64,000 bases of DNA from Trichoplax adhaerens (taxonomy: Eukaryota > Animalia > Placozoa): assembly GCF_000150275.1 (NCBI RefSeq), contig NW_002060945.1:259872-323871 (forward strand), given 5' to 3'. The notes beneath the pieces were generated by a model. It was not told where the DNA came from. It was given only the letters and a program-made list of their open reading frames with translations, and searched no databases. This document shows, one piece after another, positions 1-14,000 of the stretch; position 1 is the stretch's first letter; every line of letters starts with the position of its first letter. Made by a program: the position numbers and the translations under genes.

Positions 1-3000
1 AAGTGAATATGCAGATACCTAGATCGTACTGTATACATGTGTGTGCGTCCATCTATAAACATGAATCAGGTAATTTGCTTTCTATACTCATTTCCAACTT
101 GATACCAAACATAGGATATATATGTGTAGGATGAAGTTTGTGTTTTTGTTGAAAGCAAATTCACTATAAAATCAGCTAGAATGGCAGCTAACCGATTTGC
201 TATTAGTTAAAGCACAACTGATATTCAATCACTGTTACATAATTTGGATAAATTGATAAAAGTATGCACTAAATCAGTAAATGACGTGCATAATGTAATT
301 AACTCTTCATCAGCTGCATCCCGGTAATCATTGGATTCTTTGCTGCATAAACAAAAAAATTACTTTTATTTAGGATAGTTATCGGAAATCAGTAGACAAA
401 TTGTAGATTAATTGAACGTTTCCAGATCAATTAAATGATTTAAAAGGCTAGTTTAATAAAATGGTGCATTTACATTCATTTTGTTAGTTGTTAGTTCGCA
501 TAGTAGTTGCTACTATTACGATATTATTGAATCAATTTTATCTTCTATTCCTTTAAGGTCATTCCTCTATGCTTTGTTAGCATAACATAATTTAATCTTA
601 ACAAACGTAGAAACTAGCTCGTTATTTAAATAAATTTTATCATTTACGATATTCAGTTAGCTATGATTTCTTGCTGAGCATGATTATCCTCTTCACAGCG
701 GTCAAGAAATTGGCAATCCAGATCAAAGAGGAAGTATTTTAAGATCTACGATTTTACTGACTTCAGCTAGTCTCAAAGTTTGTGTATTTTATTACGTTAC
801 TTGCTTTTATTTGACACTAAAAGCAAGAACTGTTCGCAGCAACAATGTTCTCTACTATTTTATAAGAAAATTTTCTCTTCACTAATCGTAAACTAGCCGT
901 GATTAAGCACTTTGGCAGTCGTTAAGAAATTAACAATCCAGCGCAAAATAGGAGGTATTAATTGGTCCAGATTACATTACCCTGTCATGGAATTTATGTA
1001 TATTATTTCTTCTTATTGAATACTAAAATAATAACAACCGTTTTATAACAATAACGTATTTTAGTATTAGAAAAAAATTAAAAAAACTGTTAGTCAGACT
1101 GGCATCTATTGAATCTGATTTGAATTTGTATATTGTAATTAATTATTCTAATTTGTGTTGATTGATTGGCCATAGTATGGCTAAATTAGCTTGAAATTAA
1201 TTAAGATTAATTGTGATAGTTTCTGTTGTTATTATCTTAGCATTGTTATTTAAATAAGATTGTAGAATGGTATCATTGTCGTGGATAGTAGATCTATTTT
1301 CCTCATCGGCGTCGCTCCTATTGATATAAAAATTAAATTGTTCCGTTAGGCATCAACGCTACGCTATAAGCTACTAAAAGCGTTGTAGCTGTTATGGAAA
1401 CCCCATCGATTGAATATAAATGGTAGTAAATTATACATATTAATTATCTAATCGCTGTTCTTATAGATGTGTAGTACACTTTATCAATCGTTCTATAGGT
1501 TAATATATTTTTTATTGTATGCCAAGAACACTGAATAGCTTTGAAGGTTGAATTAATGCTTAAAGCTATAAACTATTATACGGTTGTATAGTAGACTCGA
1601 GAGGAAAGGAGAAGGAAACATATATTGATATCGGTACAAGAAACGCTAAAAATAACTCAAATCTTGGTAAGTTTGCTCATTTTACTAGATAGAAACTACA
1701 GTTGGAATTGAATACTACTTTCTATGTTAACAACATGGATATATGAGCGGCGAAAAACATGCTGTAATTATTTTGTCTATGTAGAAAATTGAACTTAAGC
1801 TGCATCACACCTTGTATTTCCTTTTTCATTACCGCTACGACATACAACAAATTATGATAGCATGGGCTGGTAGAATTAGTATCGATTTTAATATCGACCT
1901 AGCATCATACTAATGCTTGGAAATTACATTGTTATGCCTCTTCCGTCATGATAACTAAGTTAATTATTAGTTTAGTTCTATCTTCTAAGCTTGAGATTCA
2001 GTTAATTCGTTAAACATTGTACTCAGAAGAATTTTAAATTTACACACTTTATCATTACCAAGTTCAGCTTCGATTTCGTTGTTATTACTAACAAAAATGA
2101 TGGACGCTATCAACTTTAGACATAATATATACCGATAGAGAATATGAAATTAAGTGATATTCAATTTACGTTTATGCTTGTCTTAGTTTAATGTAGTTCA
2201 ATAATCGTAGGTAAATTTTAAACTTCCTACAATGGGTGTCTGCCTACCTAGGTCTAAGTTTAAAAGTTAGTTATTACATCCTTTGTGTACGTATCATTCT
2301 AGCTTCAATATAATTATACTGATACATGACAACAATTTTGATTTCAATTGGGGTTATACTTAAAGAAAGCGATATAATAATATTATACCTACTTGCATAT
2401 CATACATAACTCGAGCAGCTTCATCTTGATCTCTATCATTATTCAGTACACTCAATAATCCGAAAAATAACGCCGTAGTTTAAATTCTGTTCTAACGGTT
2501 AACTTCGCGACTAGATCGTCTTGTGATTGCTTTTTTCAACATGGATAATTAATAAGTGATTATATTCGGTTAGTATAGCTAGTATCAAGTGATGTAAAAA
2601 ATCGATCTGAATTTATAGATTGATTCAGCCTCGGGTGAGTCAAGAGAATAAAAAAGGTCTTAGATAGAAATTTTGCATCTGCTATAGAATGTCGACAGTG
2701 GCTTGTGTTTAATATATTTTTGCAAAAAGGAGAAGAGTAGCTCGTTTCATCTATTTACAGTAGTCTAACCAAAAATAAGTTTTAAATAATTTGATCCGAC
2801 AACATTTGAAGTAACATTGCATGTCCTCGTCTACTTAATTATTACAATTGGCCCATAAAATTTGGCTTAGTAATGAAGGCAAGTCATTTTAGTATTTGGG
2901 ATGGATCACGGTAATAGCTAATTTTTTCTATGTCACGTTTTTAATTCGCTATGACAGCAACGAGTTTAGAAGATCATCTATTTTTTCCTTAATTTCTCTA

Positions 3001-5082
3001 TTTAAAAAGCAGACTGATGTAGATTAAAATCTATAAAGTAGCTTCGACATAGAGTTTTACAACCACTACGTGTTCTTTAATCGAGATATATACTACGCGA
3101 TAGCTTACAAGTTTCTTGAATCTGTATCTCAAAATGATGATATAACACTCATTATTTCCGCTTCCTTACTTAAAGTTTATTTAGGTACTTATGGTAATAT
3201 GTAATCTTCTTAAAATCTTATTTCCGTAATTTAGTTCAAATATGAGTAAATCGTGGAATGATAGTGAACAGTTAGCTCTATGCTTCCATGAGCTATTGAT
3301 TTCCCCGTTCTGTATCTGCTATCATCAACTGAGAGATGAGAATCAAGGCGGCAGATCGATAGACTTACTTTTCATTTCACGCTAAAGTATATTATTTTAT
3401 AAATGAATATCAGATACGATTCAGAAATCGGAGAAATTAGTATCATCTATTATAGCTATTATTTCTCCAAATTTCTATTAAACAGCAGGGTAATCGTACC
3501 GTCTCTAAAAAGTAGCTTTTCTATGTGTTTCAAGTTATCATGAATATCATCCATAATTAAAGATTAATATGCTGTATAACAGCATATCTGAGATAATCAT
3601 TTCTATTTAAAAGTAAAGCAGGATATTGCTTTATAGCTATCTATGTACTTTGCTTTCAAACAAAAGATAGAAAACGATGACAAATCTTTTTATTTGCAAT
3701 CCTTAATTAAGTTATAAGGTTGCTATTTGCGCCGTGTACTCAGTCCTTTAAAGTAAACTTATTGGCAATATCGTAACTATCCGTTAACAAATTGACATAT
3801 TTCGATTAATTCTAACTTTTAAATAAAAATATATATCAGATAGGATGATAGATCTATGCAATCGATTACCGTTGAGTGAGAGCTTTTAAAGTTAAAACGT
3901 AAAGAGCACATTATAGTCATGACAGAAAATGACAGAATTCAATACGGCTATCAATCAATATAACGAATTAGTTACTTGATATATATTATTAGACAATATC
4001 TATCATATAACATTATAACGTACCATTACTTGTTTTAAGGATATGATCAATTTCTACTTTTGTAATCTTCGAGAAGAATCTCTTCACGTCCCTGTCATGA
4101 CGTTCTGACAGTGTGCATAATGGGCTTAAATATAGTTGCAATCTCGTATAAATAGACAGAATTGTATATCGTAATAGTGCTCTACTGCAAAACAATATAG
4201 TCTATTACAGAGTGAATAATTTCATCGCATGAATGGATTTAAAACAGATAGTTTCTATATTTTTTCTTATATTTTGATGCTTAAGGCATTTTTTTATACT
4301 AAAAGTTTGCAATTTAATGAATAGCATACTGAGTAATATACATAGATAATTGTCTGTTTTACCAAGTTATGCAGGCGTTAATTATTCAAAATAATGTATC
4401 CTTGCAAGTTTATTCATATAGATGGGTTATGTCAAAACTAGTCCGACTCTTTATTTACCGGATCTACTATAAATGGACTGCTTTAACTATTTATCATTGA
4501 TGTATATTCGAATATATATCTATTTTGAGCAGTATTTCTTGGATATTATTTCCTAAAATGTTTTAGTGGATATACTGTAAATATTATTATCAAATGTACT
4601 GTTAGGAAGGTTAATAGTGTACATACTGTAAGATTAGGTCAAACTTAAAGTTAAACTAAATTTTACTATTCTATTTCTTTGAAAAAGACTGTATATCTTT
4701 ATATAACTAGGCAATTTTGGGGTAACGTAGAGACGAAATCAAATATTTAGAATATTAATATCTCAAGCAAATAATTGCCAGCCGTAATTAATTTTCTTGT
4801 TTTTGTTATAGTAATGGATATAGTTGCTTAGATGTTATTCATCTGTATAGGCACCTTACAATGATGTTGAATACAGAGTTACGTTATACTAAAATGGATA
4901 AATTTGTTTTGCGACAGGATTTAGCATAACTATCCATGATAGACTTCCGAGCAGGGAGGACACACTTATTGTCGTGCCATAACTTCTCTGTGGCATAGCT
5001 ACAAAATTTGAGTTGTTAATTGTGTTGGAGAACGCTATTCTGACCCTGTGTCTCTGCTAATGCCATTCTGATTGAAAAAAAA

Positions 5083-8000
5083 ATGGAAGAAGACTTAGCT
5101 CAACACTATCACGCTGCACTGCAAGAAGTAGAAGTACTCAAACAAGACTATCGCAACAGGATCGTCTCTCTAGGTAAAGCTTGTTGATGTTCATGACTTC
5201 ATGGACTAGCAAATCTGACCGATTAGTGTAGACAATAATTCTAAACCCTGTAAATTTGCGAGCTTACTTTCCTCTAATGCGTGGAAAGATTCCAATCTTT
5301 AAACTGTCAGACCGCGTTAACATTTATATAAATTTGCTTTGACTATGAAATGACGATAATTATTGGCCATTTGCAGAATGATCGAGACGGTTAAACTATT
5401 TCAATTAAAGTCATTGATCATACTGCAAATTTCCCTTAATTACTACTATAGTCGAACCGAGTGGATGCTAGTTAGGTTGAAATAGAGCCAGTGCCTCTTA
5501 GTTCACTTTGCAGCTCATAGCGCTAAAGGTACGGGGCCTTTCGTAAGGGAATATCCCACAGGACAGAGGAATTCTAGCTTAACTCTATTCTGTTTTCTCT
5601 ACACCCCTTTATCGGTTCATAGCTGAATAGTTTAGGGTTATAAATTTCGACTATCTATCTCTTTTCTAGCACGTTACTAGTAGCTTAGACAGTAGCGCTT
5701 TGAATGTTTGCAATATCATTGTTTGCAGCCCTGATTCCATGGAGGAACTGCAGAGCAGCTTAACTCTATTCTATTTTCCTCGAACACCTTTATCGGTTCA
5801 TAGCTGAATAGTTTAGCGGTGTAAATTTCGACTATCTATCTCTTTCTAGCACGTTACTAGTAGCTTAGTCAGTAGCGCTTCATAGAGGAACTACAGCTTA
5901 ACTCTATTCTATTTTTCCTAAATTCCTTCATAGCTGAATACTTTAGCGGGTGCAAATTTCGCCTATCCATCTCTTTCTAGCACGTTACTAGTAGCTTAGT
6001 TAGTAGTACTGTACATTGAATGTTTGCAATATCATTGTTTGGAGGCTTGATTTCCATAGAGGAACTACAGCTTAACCTATATTCTATTTTCCCAAATTCC
6101 TTCATAACTAAATAGTCTAACGGTGCAAACTTCGGCTATCCATTTCTTTTCGAGCACTTTGCTAGAAAAGAAATCAGTAGGACATTGAATCTTTACCATA
6201 AACATATTCCATACAGTACATACAGTACGTACAGTGTATTATCGGTAGCGGTACCGCACATTACACCAGCTCGTATAGTAAAATGTTCTACGGTCGAGTA
6301 GAGTGATCCACTGTAGTGGTTTAAGCCATACTGTATAGTACAATGTCTGCGATTTACAACGCACAGTATAGTGTACAGTACTGCTATGGTCTACTGTCCA
6401 ACCTGCTGTAGCTTAGGCATTTTTTTTCTCAGTGGACAAGAACTAGACCGATATTGCTGAAATTGGTGAAAAATGAAACCCCAATGACACTATATCAGAG
6501 TGTACTGACATTATAGAGACAAGAATCACATAGGAATGGTAATTTAAGAGCTAATAAACTGATAGGACAAAGAATAAGTTCATTTTATTCTGCAGTGAAG
6601 GTTTATTAAGTGATTACAGTTGTACCAAGAGTGTAACCTGCATTTTAATGAAATGTCCAGTAATGTCTTAGTAGGAAGCACCAATTTATACATAGTTTAT
6701 TACTGTTGTAGAAGGCAGTGAAAGGATAATTTGAATGAAATGTCCAGTAATATCTTAGTAGGAAAGCAACTATTTATACGTAGTTTATTGCTATTGTAGA
6801 AGGCAGTGAAAGGATAATTTGAATGAAATGTCCAGTAATGTCTTAGTAGGAAAGCAACTAATTGTACATAGTTTATTGCTATTGTAGAAGGCAGTGAAAG
6901 GATAATTTTATCTATCTCTTATAGCTGGTGATGGATTGAATTATTCGTCCGTAATTTTAATGATAAAAAATTGTAAAAATGTTAGTAGGAAGATACCAAC
7001 TTATTCGACGTGTTTTATAGTAATTGCACAATACAGTGAACGAATAATTTGATCAATTTATTACAGTGGATACAAATGATTTTGTCAACAATTGTAAAAA
7101 TCCTAGTAGGAAAGCATCAAGTTAGGTGTATTTCATTGTTATTGCAGAACACAGTGAAAAGATAACCCTTCATTAGTTTGTTACAGTCAATGGAATTGTC
7201 AAAACTATAAAAATCTTAGTAGGAAAGCACCAAGTTAGACGTATTTCATCATGATTATTGCAGAATACAGTGAAAGGATAACTCCTTATCAATTTGTTAT
7301 AGTCAATAGAAACCCATTTTCAGTAATTTGAATGAAAAAATGGCATAGGTTAGTAGAAAAGTACTAGCATTGAAGAATGAATGCTTCTTTCATTAGTATA
7401 GTAAAGCGCAATGAAAGAAGAAGTTCGTAAATTTGTTCTACGCATAGACAGCGAATAGGAATAATCGATTCATTGGTTATAATAATAATTATTACAATGA
7501 AAAGTAAATATTATAATACTAGCATCACTAGGCTTGACTGACAAACCAATTTGCTCAATGCTTCGATAACGCAATTTCTTTAGGGTTTGCGCTGCCACTG
7601 CTATAAATTGATGTATGTACGTTGTGTAATGCTGTAAAGTATTGGACTCGTACGTGTCATCATGCACACCGACTACACATGGTTTGTTTCTCATTGTTAC
7701 TCAAGTCTAATGCATTAATTACTGTAATTATAGATGGCAGAAATGAATTACTACCTGATGATGTCTTACAAATGCAGCAAGAAATACAAAATATGCTCAA
7801 TGAGCGTGAATCATTGGAACAAGAGTTACTTAAAAGGTTGATGGATCAATTAGGTGGAAGCTTTCAAGAACAAGTTGAACAATTACAAGCTCAACATCAG
7901 CAAGAATTAATTTCTTTAGAGGAACAACTGAAAGCAGGCAACGCAGTTGAAACCGACGAAAATGGTATGACGTACAAGGATAAATACGAAGAATTACTTG

Positions 8001-11000
8001 GACAACAAAGTAACCTTGAGGATCAAATCACTCAACAGTTAATTGAAAAATTTCAAGAACAGTTGGCTGTACTACAACAGCAACATGATGAAGAAATTGC
8101 TGAATTAAATAATCAATTGCAAAATAATACCGCCAAGAATGCAAGCGATAGTCATACTATCGAATTACAAAATAAGATAAGTGATCTTGTAAAGCAATTG
8201 GATGATAAAGATGAAGTACATCAACAACAAGTTGAAAATATTAAACTTGAAATGACACAACAAATATTACAAGAAGTTAATTCACAATTTCAAAACAGTA
8301 TTGATCAACTACAGCAACAACATGAGCAAGAAATGACTGAATTAAAAATTCAACTACAGAATAGTAGTAATTCCGATAGTATACAAACTCAAGCTATCGA
8401 AATTCAACAATTACAAGATGAGATGAACGAATTAAAAAAAGCTCATAAATTAGAATTGGAAACTATACATCAAGAAACAATGGATAAAGTAATGGATGAA
8501 TTATCTGTTGGATTTCGTGAAAGTTTAGAACAGCAAAAAACTGAACACGAACAGGAAATGGCCAATACTTGCGCTACATTAGAAGCTCAAGTTAGACAAG
8601 AAAATAATGAACGTGTTGAAGAATTGCAAAATAAATTAACTGAAATGGATGAACAACATCGAGCAGCATTGGAGAATTTAGAACAAGCTGTAGCACAGCG
8701 TACTATGGAAGAAGTCCAACAACAGCTAGAACAATTACAGACTGCTCATGAACAAGAATTGTCTGAATTAAGAATTCAACTTGAATCGCAAACCAAGCAA
8801 CAACAATCTGATCAAAGAGTAACTGAATTGGAAAATGCTTTAATTGAATTGCAAGAAAAACATCAAAATGAATTAAATGAAGTTGAGGCACAAGTTGTGG
8901 CACGATTAATGAATGAAATGGAAGTTGGTTTTCAACAACAATTGCAAAACATGCAAGCTGAGCATGAACAAACAATCGCTGAATTAAATAGCCGACTTGA
9001 GTCGACTACAGCTGACAACAATGAAAATGAAGCGTTAAAAGCAACTTTAGCCGATATGCAAGAACAACACCAATTAAAAATACAAAATTTAGAGCAAGAA
9101 TTAAGCGAAAAATTAATGAAAGATATGTCAACTGAATTTCAAAATCAATTAGAACAGTTACAGTCGCAATACGAGACAGAATTAGCTAACCTACGTAATC
9201 AAAGAGATGGAGAACAACAATCAGCAACAGCAAATAATGAACAAGAAATTCGAGAAAAAATTATAGAAGAAATGTCTATTGGCCTACAACAACAAATGGA
9301 ACAAATCCATACAAAACATGAAGAAGAAATGGTTAATCTTCAAAATCAAATGATTGAAGAACAACAAAATCAAGAGCAAGAGATTAAGGATAAATTAATG
9401 AATGAATTAACAACTGGATTTCAACAGCATCTTCAGGAAATAGAAGCTAAACATGAAGAAGAATTAAATAATGTAAAATTACAACATGAGAATAATAGTG
9501 CAGCGAATGATGATGTGGCCAATGCAAAAGTTACAATTTTAGAAAATCAAATACAAGAAATGACGGAACAACATCAAAGTGTTATGAAAAATTTAGAACA
9601 GGAAATAACTCAACGTTTAATTGATGAAATGTCAGCTGGTTTTCAACAAAAATTTGATCAAATTCAAGAAGAATATGAGCAAAAAATTTTAATGTTAGAA
9701 AATCAATTGCAAAACTTTCAAGAAAGTAATCAACAATTACCGTCATCTAAGCAACAAGAATTAGAAGAGCAAATTAAAGTATTGGAAGAACAACATCAAT
9801 ACACAGTTGACAATATGGAGCAAGAATTAACTGAACGATTAAAGACTGAAATGTCTGCTGGATTTCTAGAACAGCTAGAAACACTTCAACAAGATTATGA
9901 GCTAAAAATTACAACATTGCAAGATCAAGTGAAAAATATTGATGAACTAACACTGACCAATGATACACTTACAGCTAAAATCAACGAATTAACTGAGCAA
10001 ATGATAAATAATGAAAGTGCTAACGCAAGAGTAACAGAATTAGAAACTGCTTTATTAGAAATGAAAGAACAATATGATAATGCTTTACAACATCAAGCTG
10101 CAATGGATAATTCTCAAGTAATTATAGAAGAATTACATGCTAAAATTAATGAAAACAATGAATTTCATGAACATGCAATGCAAAACTTAGAAATTAAAAT
10201 TGTTCAGCAGTTAATGGATGAAATGTCGTCTGGTTTTCAACAACGATTGGATACGATTCAAACCAAATATAACGAGGAATTATTAAGTATCAAAAGTGAT
10301 ATGTTAGAAAATACTACAACAACTGAAGAAGTTGAAAAATATAAAAATGAAATTGAAGAGATGAAAGTAAAATTCCATGAAGAATCAATGATGAAAGAAC
10401 AAGAAATTATACAACGTGTTATGGCAGAGATGACTGTTGGTTTCCAACAAGTACAACAAGAACATCAAGATTTGATGAAGAATCAATTAGATGAGAATAT
10501 CAAAGTAAGCCAAGATAAAATTCAACAGTTGGAACAATTTATTGACGATTTGAAAGCTGAACATGAATTAACAATTGCTAATAACGAAGAAGAAGTAACA
10601 TTGCGCCTCGGTAATGAAATGAAAAAAGAATATCAACTACAGATAGAACAATTACAACAACAACATAACGATGAATTAGAAAAATTACAAATTCAATTAG
10701 ATACTCAAAATACAATGCAGAATGCTGATGATGAATTAATTCAATTGCAAGCTAAAATAGCCGAAATGGAAGAAATGCATAAGGTACAATTGGCAACTTT
10801 TGAGAATGAAATAACTCAACGACTCCTAAATGAAATGTCGGTTGGATTCCAACAACAATTGGATACGATACAATCACAACATCAAGAAGAATTATCCAAC
10901 TTACAAACGCAATTACAAGATACAAATTCTAAGTTGATTGATCATCATGAAAATACCGACAACGATCATGCAGAAGTAACTGTATTAAGAAATCAAATTA

Positions 11001-14000
11001 AAGATAATGGATTACTAATTAATCAGTTAAGATCAGATCATGAAGTGGAATTGAATAATTTAGAGAGTGAAATTTTACAACGTATATTCATTGAAATGGA
11101 TGCAGGTTTCAAGCATCATATCGTCCAAACTCGAAACGAGCATGCGCAAGAATTGCAAATCCTACAAGATCAATTATTGAATCAAAGGTCTAATGACGAT
11201 AACGCGAATGATGCTAAAATTCAACAATTACAACATGAATTAGATACGTTACATGAAAATCACGAACAAATTCAACAACAACATCGCGAAGAAATTGATA
11301 AGATAAAATTAGAGCAAGTCGATGAAAATGAGGTAGTTACGTCGTTAAAATCAAAGATGAAAGAAATGGAGGATCTACATCAGTTACAATTTGTGCAATT
11401 GGAACATGAAATTTTAAATAAGGTGATGAAGGAAATGTCACTAGGATTTCAACAACAATTAGAGCAGTTACAAACACAGCATGATAAAGAATTGATGGAT
11501 GTTAAACAGGAATTGAATACGTTACTTGCAACTGATGCGAGTGCCAATAGTAGCGCTTTATATTCAGTCAATAAAGAGGGTGAACACATTAAACTGGAAA
11601 TAACTCAGCAAATGATGGAGGAAATATTACCAAAATATATGGAGCGATTGCAAGCTATACAGCAACAACATCAACAAAACATTGATTCAATTCAAATTGA
11701 ACCGTTAAATGACGACGAAGACAACAATAAAGTTGCTTTATTACGACAACAGATCCAAGAATTACTACAGAATTACTCAGCGGAAGTACTAAAATTTGAT
11801 GAGCTACTGATACAAGAAATTACATCGGATTTAACAGGTGATTTTCAAAGGCAACTACTAAAGATTGAAAAGGAATATCACCATGAAAAAGATAGTTTAG
11901 CGAAAAATGCATTGAATAATGGTGATGATAATTCATCAATCGTTATTGAATTAAAGCAACAATTAGATTTAATGGAGAAAGAACATTTAAGAAAAGAAGA
12001 AGAATGGTCTGCAACTTTTGATGAAAAACAATTAGAAAATGATAATTTACAGAATCAAATAACAGATCTTCAACAGAAACTTTTTGTTCAGCAAAGTGAT
12101 AATAAGGACAAATATGAAATTAAACCTAACCAACTGGTGGAATTACAAAGTAGGAATGATGAATTGAAGCAAAAGATAGATGAAAACGAACGTGAGAGTA
12201 TACTACATCAGGAAAATTCTATGACAGAGATTAAGTTACTGCAAGAACAACTCGAACAAGAAAATGTATCGTATTTAGCCGCATTAAAAGACGCTGATGA
12301 GGCAAACTTAAAGTTGTCTCGTTTAGAAAATTCTTTAAAATTGGATGAAGTTAAAAATATTACCGATCCTGAAGAGTTTAAGAAGATAATTGCACAACTC
12401 GAAGAACGTCATGTAATTGAAAAAGAATCTTTAGAAAAAGAATTGACTGATAGGTTGATGAATGAGATCTCGTCTGAATTTCAAGAACAGCTTGCTAATT
12501 TACAAGTGAATCATGAGGCTGAAATTACCGTTTTAACACAAAAACTTGAAGATGCTGGAGTTAATATCACCAATGAGGAAGAGCTTAATAAAGAAATACA
12601 ACTTCAGCGCCACATTACTGAGCTGGAGAATAAAATATATGACATGAGAAGTAATCCTAGTCAAATGGAAAATATCGAACATGTAGTTATAAATCGACTG
12701 ATGCTAGAAATGTCGGCTGGCTTTCAAGAGCGATTTCTTGCATTACAAAGTAAACATGCAAAAGAAGTAGATGAAATCAAGTTAAATTTTTCTGACAACA
12801 GCGAAAATAAATTAACTGAACAAAGTCAAGCACAAGATTCTACGAAGAATTCATTGCATTTGGAACAAAATGATAACGAAGAAATTGCTAGACTGTTAGA
12901 AAATATCTCGAAACTACAGAATGAACGAGACACCGCTCAGGAAGAAACTGAACAACTTAAATTACAATTATCCAAAAGTAAGATCGCTACAACGGATATA
13001 CCACAAAATTTTGAAGAACAAATTGATCGTCTTATTGTTGAACATGAAAAAGAAATGGCAGCCATGGAGAATGATTGGAAAAAACGTTTGGTTGAAGTTA
13101 CAGAAAGTAAAAATATGTTGATAAAATCTCGCCAGGATCTAGAGGATTTTACACAAATGCAATTGCAAAATAAAGATCGCCAATATGAACTTGATATACG
13201 GCAAATAGAAGAACTTAACCGTCTCAAAATAGAAGAAATTAAGCAGGATTGTAATACTTTGATAAAACAAAACGAAGACTGGGAAGTTAAATACAACAAT
13301 TTACAAACTGATATGGATATTAAGTGTAAAGCTTTAGCAAGTGAAATTGCTAATTTAAAAACCCTTAGTATAAAAGATGAAGATGCTACTATTACGAAGC
13401 TAAAAATTGAATTACAACAAATACGAATAGAATGTGATGAAAAGATAAAGAAACTGGAGTTAGAATTACAAGAAGAAAAAGATGGTGGTAAGGCTAGGTT
13501 AATGGAACGGGTTACGGAGATCACTGACGATTTTAACAAGCAAATAGAAAATTCAAATTCCTCGTGGCAGGTCCGGTTAGAACAACAAGAATTGAAATAC
13601 ACAGAAATGAATGATAAGTACAAAGAAGCGATGGAAAAATTATTTAGGAATTCAGACGACTTAAAAGAACCGGAAAAGAATGAATATACTGAAATACTTC
13701 GTACTCGCGATGAAGAGCTAGTTAAACGCCTTGATGATAAAGATAATGAGCATCAAGTTGCAATAAGATTATTAGAACGTAAATGGCGGAAACGATTAAG
13801 CATTATTACAGGTGAAGAATTGCCATCTGATGATGCTGAAAGTGAAGATGATTATTCTGCTTCAAATAATGAAACTATAGAACAACTACGATTTCAATTG
13901 CAAAAGTTAGAAGAAGAACATGCAATTGATAGAAGTAATATGGAGCAAGAAATTACGCAAAAATTAAAATTAGAACTTCGTGAAGAATTTGAACAGAAAT

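Noticed and set aside
1-1670. Exon-like segments at ~23-69, ~130-323 and ~1594-1666
   Set aside because: Splice-like signals exist, but I could not build a consistent open frame or recognise a product. They may be UTR exons or the end of an upstream gene.
5576-7370. CRISPR-like interpretation of the regular repeats
   Set aside because: Eukaryotic intron context. Whole units are duplicated without unique spacers, and there are no cas genes.
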